Assembly (NCBI GenBank): GCA_026416955.1
Contig: JAOAEE010000051.1
Coordinates: forward strand, 1,592-65,591
Reading direction: 5' to 3'
Length of the DNA: 64,000 nt
From: Ignavibacteria bacterium
Lineage (GTDB): Bacteria; Bacteroidota; Ignavibacteria; Kapaibacteriales; UBA2268
Numbering within the stretch: position 1 is the stretch's first letter; each line of letters opens with the position of its first letter. The notes beneath the pieces were generated by a model. The model worked only from the letters and a program-made list of their open reading frames with translations. It had not been told where the DNA came from and made no database searches. Made by a program: the position numbers and the translations under genes. Positions 58,269 to 64,000 of the stretch are shown in pieces.

Positions 58269-59852
58269 TTACTTAATATTACTTTTCTCAAATTGGATGT
58301 TTAGAGAATTATTATTAGCTTTTGCAGGGAATTTATATTGGTGAACTTTCTCGACGACTTTTTTTACAGATGCTTCGGAATAGTTAAGGAAAAATTTCGG
58401 ATAGACACCAATCCATAGCATAAGTATCACTATTGGAACAAGATATGACCATTCTCTTTTAGATAGATCTTTTAGAGTGTGATTCAAAGGATTGGTTAAT
58501 GGTCCAAAGGCAACTTTTTGAAACATCGTCAAAAGATAGACTGCAGCAAATATTACACCAGTAGCCCCTAAAATTGCATATGTATAAGAATTTAATATAG
58601 GCGATTTAAAAGCACCCAAAAGACTTAGGAATTCTCCCACAAAACCATTTAATCCCGGCAATCCAACAGAGGAAAGCATTGCAATGCCAAACAATACAGT
58701 GAAAGCAGGCATTACACGAGCAATTCCACCATATTCTGCAATTTCCCGAGTATGACGTCTTTCGTAAAGAATTCCAACTGCAAGGAATAGCATTCCAGTT
58801 GATAATCCGTGATTAACCATTTGAATTATTGCTCCTTGCATACCCTCTACGGTTATTGAGAAAATTCCAAGCACTACAAACCCTAAGTGACTAACGGAAG
58901 AAAACGCCACAAGCCTTTTAACATCCGTTTGAACAGCAGAAACAAGAGCTCCGTAAATAATTCCAACAACAGCCAGAATAGAAATATATGGTGCATAGAA
59001 TATTGAAGATGTAGTAAATAACTCGATATTAAAGCGTATTAGACCATAGGTTCCTAATTTTAACAGAATTCCAGCCAAAATCACTGAACCCGGGGTTGGT
59101 GCTTCGGTGTGAGCATCGGGCAACCAAGTGTGCAAAGGAAAGAGTGGAACCTTTATACAAAATGAAAGTGCAAATGCTAAAAAAAGCCATTTTTCAATTT
59201 CAAATGGTATTATGTTTTTTGAAAGAACTTCTTTAATTAGAATGAAATTCGAAGTAAATCCTCCGGGCATTTTTAATATGTTTCCACCTACATATAACCC
59301 TAACCAAACAATTGCCACAAGCATAAAAAGTGAACCCACTACAGTATAAATAAAGAATTTTACCGAAGCATAAATTCTATTTTTACCACCCCAAAGACCA
59401 ATGATGAAATACATTGGAATTAGCACCAATTCCCAGAATATGTAGAAAAGAAATAAATCTAAGGAAATAAAAACTCCGGTCATTGCAAATTGTAAGAGGA
59501 GAAGCAAAATGTAGTATTCCTTCTCTCTTTTTTCTATTGCGGTAAAAGAAGATACAATTGTAATAGGGGAAATAAAAGTTGTTAATAAAACTAAAAGTAT
59601 ACTTATGCCATCGACACCTATTCGAAAACCAGCATCTAATTTGTCAATCCAAATTTTTTCATAAAAGAATTGAAAGTTGGGATTTGTAAAGTCGAACTTT
59701 ATCAAAAGAATTATTGAAATAATAAATGTTAGAATTGATACAATAAATGAAGAATATTTAAACAAAGCAATCTTGTTACGATTGACGAAAAGAAGTAGTA
59801 TTGCTCCAACCAAAGGCAAAAATAGAGTGAGTAACAATTCCATATCGTTCAC
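58269..59852 (-). CDS. nuoM: NADH-quinone oxidoreductase subunit M
   Basis: Antiporter-like subunit; HTWLPDAHTEAPTPGSVILAGILLKLG motif. Confidence 0.92.
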   Translation of the reverse strand: MNDMELLLTLFLPLVGAILLLFVNRNKIALFKYSSFIVSILTFIISIILLIKFDFTNPNFQFFYEKIWIDKLDAGFRIGVDGISILLVLLTTFISPITIVSSFTAIEKREKEYYILLLLLQFAMTGVFISLDLFLFYIFWELVLIPMYFIIGLWGGKNRIYASVKFFIYTVVGSLFMLVAIVWLGLYVGGNILKMPGGFTSNFILIKEVLSKNIIPFEIEKWLFLAFALSFCIKVPLFPLHTWLPDAHTEAPTPGSVILAGILLKLGTYGLIRFNIELFTTSSIFYAPYISILAVVGIIYGALVSAVQTDVKRLVAFSSVSHLGFVVLGIFSITVEGMQGAIIQMVNHGLSTGMLFLAVGILYERRHTREIAEYGGIARVMPAFTVLFGIAMLSSVGLPGLNGFVGEFLSLLGAFKSPILNSYTYAILGATGVIFAAVYLLTMFQKVAFGPLTNPLNHTLKDLSKREWSYLVPIVILMLWIGVYPKFFLNYSEASVKKVVEKVHQYKFPAKANNNSLNIQFEKSNIK

Positions 59853-59870
59853 TTAGAATTTTTACACAAT

Positions 59871-61859
59871 TTAAAAAGACAACAAAATCCAGATAAAAAT
59901 AATGATAATCCCAGTAAACATCATTAATGCATAGTTTTGAACAAAACCAGTTTGCATTCGACGCAGGTATTCACTTATTTTAATTGTTACAGTTGCTGAA
60001 CCATTTACAATTCCATCGATAATTTGTGAATCGAAGATTTTCCAAAGGAATTTATTTGATATAAAAATTATTGGATCTACAATAGAATAGAAGTAAAATT
60101 CATCGACATAATATTTGTGGTATAAAGTTTTATAAAGGGACTTAAAATTGCTTGCAAGTTTTCGAGGGATAGACCATTGTTCGTCAGAATAGAACTTGTT
60201 TGCTAAAAATATTCCCGAAAGTGCAACAATAATAGAAAGTATCATTAAAAGATACTCTTCGATATGAATTTGATGTGATAATGAAATGCCAGGGGAATTA
60301 CTTAAAACAAATATGCGATTTGCATCCTCGAAGACAGGATTCAACCAATTTTCTATAAGATTGGGGTGTTCTCCTAACCATAAACCAAGGGCGTATGGTA
60401 TTCCGATGAACCCACCGAAAGCAGAAAGAATTGCCAATATTTGAAGGGGTAATGTCATAATTTTAGGGGATTCGTGCGGGTGAATGTGATGTTTGTCGAA
60501 ACGTTCGGTACCAAAAAAAACTAAATTTAGTAGTCTAAACATATAAAAAGCGGTAAAAAATGCTGTGAATACAAGAATAATCCAAAGTATTAGATTTCCA
60601 CTGGAAAATAATTTCCACAAAATTTCATCTTTTGAGAAGAAACCACTAAAAAAAGGAATTCCAGATATTGACAGTGTTGCAATGAAAAATGTGAAATAAG
60701 TTTTTGGCATATAGTTTCTTAGTCCACCCATTCTCTTAATGTTTTGCTCTTCGTGCATACCGTGAATAACAGAGCCAGCCCCAAGAAATAAAAGCCCTTT
60801 GAAAAATGCATGTGTCATAACATGAAAAACCCCGGCGACAAAAGCCCCAACACCAAGAGCTGCAAACATAAAGCCCAATTGGCTAACAGTTGAATAGGCA
60901 AGAACTTTCTTAATGTCGTTTTGAACTACACCAATTGTTGCAGCGAAAAATGCTGTTAAGGTACCTATTACAGCAATTACCAACATTGTTGTCGGTGCTA
61001 GAGAAAAAAGGGTGGCATTTCTAGCAACTAAAAATATTCCAGAGGTAACCATAGTCGCGGCATGAATTAATGCACTTACGGGTGTTGGACCTGCCATTGC
61101 GTCGGGCAACCATACTGCCAATGGAATTTGTGCGGATTTGCCAGTGCAACCTAAAAATAAAAGTAAAGTGATTGCTGTTATTAAACCAGCGTTGTAATAA
61201 GTACCAAATGTATTTGCAAAAATGTCGTTTAACTCCTTGTAATTTAAAGTTTGAAAGTTTATGAAAAGGAGAAACATAGCAATGAGGAATCCAAAATCAC
61301 CAATTCTGTTTACAATAAACGCTTTGTTTGCTGCATCCCCGGTCCATTCAATTCTTGTTCCTTCGAACTTTCTGTCGTACCAAAAGCCAATTAATAGGTA
61401 TGAACAAAGTCCTACTCCTTCCCAACCGAGAAAAGTCAAAAGAAAGCTATTGGCAAGCACAAGATTGAGCATCATAAAAATAAACAAGTTCATATAGGCA
61501 AAAAAGCGATAAAAACTTCTGTCTTTATGCATATATCCAATGGAATAGAGATGGATTAGGAAACCAACCCCAGTAACTATTAAAGAGAAAGTGATTGAAA
61601 GTTGGTCGATTTGGTATGCCCAATATATGTTAATTTCCCCAGTGGATATCCAAGGCAACACGTAAACAATTCGAGGTTCATCATATCCTTTTATTAACCA
61701 TTCAATGAAAATTATTGAAGTAATTATGAATGATAACAAGACTGAAAAATTGCCAATAAAACCTATTATATTTTCTTTTTTCAAAAACTTACCAAACACA
61801 CCTAAAATAAAAAAGCCAATTAAAGGAAATAGTGGAATTAAGTATGCATAATTAATCAT
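59871..61859 (-). CDS. nuoL: NADH-quinone oxidoreductase subunit L
   Basis: MINYAYLIPLFPLIGF start, WLPDAMAGPTPVSALIHAATMVT, and a long C-terminal extension with a lateral helix. The ATG is at 61859; the tracked start is a TTG. Confidence 0.92.
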   Translation of the reverse strand: MINYAYLIPLFPLIGFFILGVFGKFLKKENIIGFIGNFSVLLSFIITSIIFIEWLIKGYDEPRIVYVLPWISTGEINIYWAYQIDQLSITFSLIVTGVGFLIHLYSIGYMHKDRSFYRFFAYMNLFIFMMLNLVLANSFLLTFLGWEGVGLCSYLLIGFWYDRKFEGTRIEWTGDAANKAFIVNRIGDFGFLIAMFLLFINFQTLNYKELNDIFANTFGTYYNAGLITAITLLLFLGCTGKSAQIPLAVWLPDAMAGPTPVSALIHAATMVTSGIFLVARNATLFSLAPTTMLVIAVIGTLTAFFAATIGVVQNDIKKVLAYSTVSQLGFMFAALGVGAFVAGVFHVMTHAFFKGLLFLGAGSVIHGMHEEQNIKRMGGLRNYMPKTYFTFFIATLSISGIPFFSGFFSKDEILWKLFSSGNLILWIILVFTAFFTAFYMFRLLNLVFFGTERFDKHHIHPHESPKIMTLPLQILAILSAFGGFIGIPYALGLWLGEHPNLIENWLNPVFEDANRIFVLSNSPGISLSHQIHIEEYLLMILSIIVALSGIFLANKFYSDEQWSIPRKLASNFKSLYKTLYHKYYVDEFYFYSIVDPIIFISNKFLWKIFDSQIIDGIVNGSATVTIKISEYLRRMQTGFVQNYALMMFTGIIIIFIWILLSF

Positions 61860-61965
61860 AAAAATTACCGCTTTGTTATTTTTCAAAATAAATAAATTAT
61901 AAAATTAAAAAGAGCATTTCTTTTTACAAAGAAATTTTAGTATTTAATTTTTCCAAATTTTTTCT

Positions 61966-61973
61966 TAATTTTG
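61966..61973 (+). promoter_or_regulatory. TAATTTTG box upstream of the small-ORF/rpmE/rpsR string
   Basis: Exact octamer ending 27 nt upstream of the ATG at 62001. Confidence 0.45.
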
Positions 61974-62000
61974 TTTTCTTTAAATTAATTAAAATAAAAA

Positions 62001-62177
62001 ATGGCAAAACAACAAACTTTTGCAGACAAAGTCAAAAAGAAAATGAAAACCGAAGTAGGTTACAATGTCAAAGTAATCAAAGGTTATCGAACCGAGGAAG
62101 GTAATCTTCGCTTTTTTTACAAGTTTGTTAGAGTAAACGATCTTAATGAACTTTCAAATGTTGACATTAGTAAGTAA
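62001..62177 (+). CDS. Small basic protein (58 aa), possibly DUF4295-like and ribosome-associated; absent from the ORF track because it is under 60 aa
   Basis: My translation: MAKQQTFADKVKKKMKTEVGYNVKVIKGYRTEEGNLRFFYKFVRVNDLNELSNVDISK. It is Lys-rich, starts MAK, sits after a promoter-like box and ends 12 nt before rpmE. The family resemblance is from memory only. Confidence 0.45.
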   Translation: MAKQQTFADKVKKKMKTEVGYNVKVIKGYRTEEGNLRFFYKFVRVNDLNELSNVDISK

Positions 62178-62189
62178 GGAGTTGAAGTT

Positions 62190-62426
62190 ATGAAAAAAGG
62201 TATTCATCCATATTACCACGTTGTTGAAGTTGTAATGACTGATGGAACCACTTTCAAGACAAGGTCTTGTTATAAATCGGATAGAATGGTCTTGGAAATT
62301 GACTCAAAGTCTCATCCTTTTTTTACAGGAAAACAGGTATTAGTTGATACTGCTGGTCGTGTCGACAGATTTCAAAAACGTTTAGAAAAGAGCAAAGCAA
62401 TTCAAGAGAAGAGGAGGAAACAATGA
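62190..62426 (+). CDS. rpmE: 50S ribosomal protein L31, type B (no zinc-ribbon cysteines)
   Basis: SD aaggag; MKKGIHPYY...[23 protein letters not shown]. Both CxxC pairs are absent. Confidence 0.9.
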   Translation: MKKGIHPYYHVVEVVMTDGTTFKTRSCYKSDRMVLEIDSKSHPFFTGKQVLVDTAGRVDRFQKRLEKSKAIQEKRRKQ

Positions 62427-62686
62427 ATGCTATTCATCCAGTACTGAGTGCTCAACAGCAAAAAAACAAAAAGGTTACCAAAAAGAAAATTAATCCTTAT
62501 AAAGATATTGAAGTTTTTGATTATCTCGACTACAAATTTTTAGAAAAGTTTATTAACGACCAAGGAAAAATTCTCCCCCGAAGACTAACTGGGGTTACTC
62601 CAAAACAGCAAAGACAAATTGCAAAAGCAGTCAAATATGCTCGCCATCTTGCACTTTTGCCTTTTGTTGCCCAAGATATTGGATGA
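62423..62686 (+). CDS. rpsR: 30S ribosomal protein S18
   Basis: [49 protein letters not shown]; 4-nt ATGA overlap with rpmE. Confidence 0.9.
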   Translation: MNAIHPVLSAQQQKNKKVTKKKINPYKDIEVFDYLDYKFLEKFINDQGKILPRRLTGVTPKQQRQIAKAVKYARHLALLPFVAQDIG

Positions 62687-62717
62687 TATATCCAAAAATT
62701 TATTAACTAGTAATAAT

Positions 62718-62745
62718 AAGGATGCAATTTGCATCCTTTTTTGTT
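62718..62745 (+). terminator. Rho-independent terminator after rpsR
   Basis: Stem aaggatgca, loop att, stem tgcatcctt, then a T-run. Confidence 0.8.
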
Positions 62746-63090
62746 TTAGTAAACTTTTTGGCAAAGCTTTATTACAATATTTATTTATTTACCATTTACG
62801 ATTATTTCAAGATTAGTTTTAGAGTGTTATTATTTTCCTAATAATTCAATCAATTAGTCTTACTTAAAAATTTTTTTAATAATATTTAATGATTAGTAAT
62901 TAAAATTTAATTAACATTATTCAAAAAAGTTTCATTTTATTCAGAAATAAAAAAAGTAAGTATTTGAAAAAATAATTATTGATAAAGAATAGATAAAATA
63001 ATTGTAACAAAATATTTTAATATGTGTTTATTGATGTTTAGTTTTTTATTTTTCTTATTTGAATGTTAGTTAAAAAAGGATAGGTTACAT

Positions 63091-64000
63091 ATGAAGGCTT
63101 TTAAACTATTTTTCATCTTTGTTTTTCTAATTACTTTTAATTTTTCGTTATTCCCTCAACTAAATACAGAGGAAGAGATTAGAAAGAACTTGCCAAACTT
63201 GCTAGGTGCCAATAATGTTGGTAAAGAATTTTGGTTCACAATTCCAATTTGCTTCGAAGATGAAAGTTTTGGTTTCGCGAACTTCATCAAGATATTTGTT
63301 ACTTCTCCTTATAGAACTCGAGTGACGGTTGAAGTACCCGGCAAAAGCTACTATTCATCAAAAATGAGCATTCCAAACGATGTAATTAGTTTCGATATTA
63401 CCCCGACTCAAGGGCAACCTTATGTCAAAGGCGGTCGCGACCCCGAAGTCCCTGACCAGGTTTGGATTGGTGCTGGAATTCATATAGTTGCTGATGACCC
63501 TATTGTTGTTTATTGTATTGTAAGATATCACTGGACAAGTGATGGTTTTCTGGCAATACCTGTTTCTTCGTTAGGGAAAGAATATATTGTAGCAGGACAC
63601 CCCGTAGACCCAATGTTTCGTGCTGTATGGAATTATAAGTTACCAAATACTTGTGGAATAGTTGCAGCATACGACCAAACAAAAGTTCGTTTTACCTTGG
63701 GTGGAAATTCACTTACCAAAACTGCAGGAGGTTTACGTCCCGGTCAAACTGTAGAAAAAATTTTAAACAAGGGTGATGTCTTTATGGTATCCACCGAAGG
63801 AGATGCCTCTGATTTGACTGGCAGCCGTATTATTGCAAATAAACCAGTTGCAGTTGTCACTGGTAATATGTGCAACAACATTCCAGTCGGTAATCAATGG
63901 TGCGATTATACAGTTGAAATGGACTTACCCACTTTTACTTGGGGTACAGACTATCATATTCCAGACGTTGGTCTTTTGCCTAAAAGAGCTTTTCCCCCGT
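63091..64000 (+). CDS. Secreted protein, N-terminal ~300 aa, resembling the IgGFc-binding-protein N-terminal beta-helix domain; the 3' end lies beyond the window
   Basis: Not in the ORF track because the frame is open to the window end. My translation: MKAFKLFFIFVFLITFNFSLFPQ...GKEFWFTIPICFED...IKIFVTSPYRTRVTVEVPG...IIANKPVAVVTGNMC..., with no stop in 303 codons and SD aaggatagg. The domain call is from memory. Confidence 0.55.
   Translation, partial: MKAFKLFFIFVFLITFNFSLFPQLNTEEEIRKNLPNLLGANNVGKEFWFTIPICFEDESFGFANFIKIFVTSPYRTRVTVEVPGKSYYSSKMSIPNDVISFDITPTQGQPYVKGGRDPEVPDQVWIGAGIHIVADDPIVVYCIVRYHWTSDGFLAIPVSSLGKEYIVAGHPVDPMFRAVWNYKLPNTCGIVAAYDQTKVRFTLGGNSLTKTAGGLRPGQTVEKILNKGDVFMVSTEGDASDLTGSRIIANKPVAVVTGNMCNNIPVGNQWCDYTVEMDLPTFTWGTDYHIPDVGLLPKRAFPP

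Noticed and set aside
61915-61935. Hairpin atttcttt-ttac-aaagaaat in the nuoL / small-ORF divergent spacer.
   Set aside because: It is only 8 A/T-rich base pairs and has no upstream gene to terminate. Structures like this are expected by chance in this composition.
62746-63090. Long AT-rich spacers (here, plus 9121-9465 and 44416-44648) scanned for CRISPR repeats, structured RNA genes and small ORFs.
   Set aside because: They contain no periodic repeats, no G/C-containing stems beyond the annotated terminators, and only ORFs of fewer than 35 codons without ribosome-binding sites.

Overview
AT-rich bacterial chromosomal segment. Gene content looks like the FCB superphylum, most likely an Ignavibacteria-like organism (inference only). 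The basis is several cargo proteins with type IX secretion (T9SS) C-terminal sorting domains, GWxTD, DUF1573, DUF3108 and Bat-like genes, and a recurring TAATTTTG box upstream of genes, together with visible Shine-Dalgarno sites. Most of the window is densely packed housekeeping DNA: uvrB, rimO, wecB, hslU, purH, secA, lysS, an EF-G paralogue, pyrE, guaA, ade, nuoL-M-N, rpmE, rpsR and one initiator tRNA-Met. These are interleaved with envelope and secreted proteins: a 1980-aa adhesin-like protein, M14 and S8 peptidases, an NlpC/P60 peptidase, outer-membrane barrels and a cohesin/dockerin protein. I found no CRISPR array, rRNA, transposase, integrase or phage genes, and no intergenic gap large enough to hide a gene cluster. 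The most unusual locus is a sensor kinase plus single-domain response regulator followed by a three-subunit [FeFe]-hydrogenase operon (hydC-hydB-hydA). Its HydB is a bare NuoF core, and its HydA H-cluster motif reads TSCSPGW instead of TSCCPxW. Other points worth a second look: a G9 homopolymer inside the M14 carboxypeptidase gene, a DUF499 defence-type gene cut by the left window edge, an untracked 58-codon basic ORF ahead of rpmE-rpsR, a nuoLMN module separated from the rest of nuo, and the promoter-like octamer. All family assignments come from reading motifs in the translations; no searches were run.
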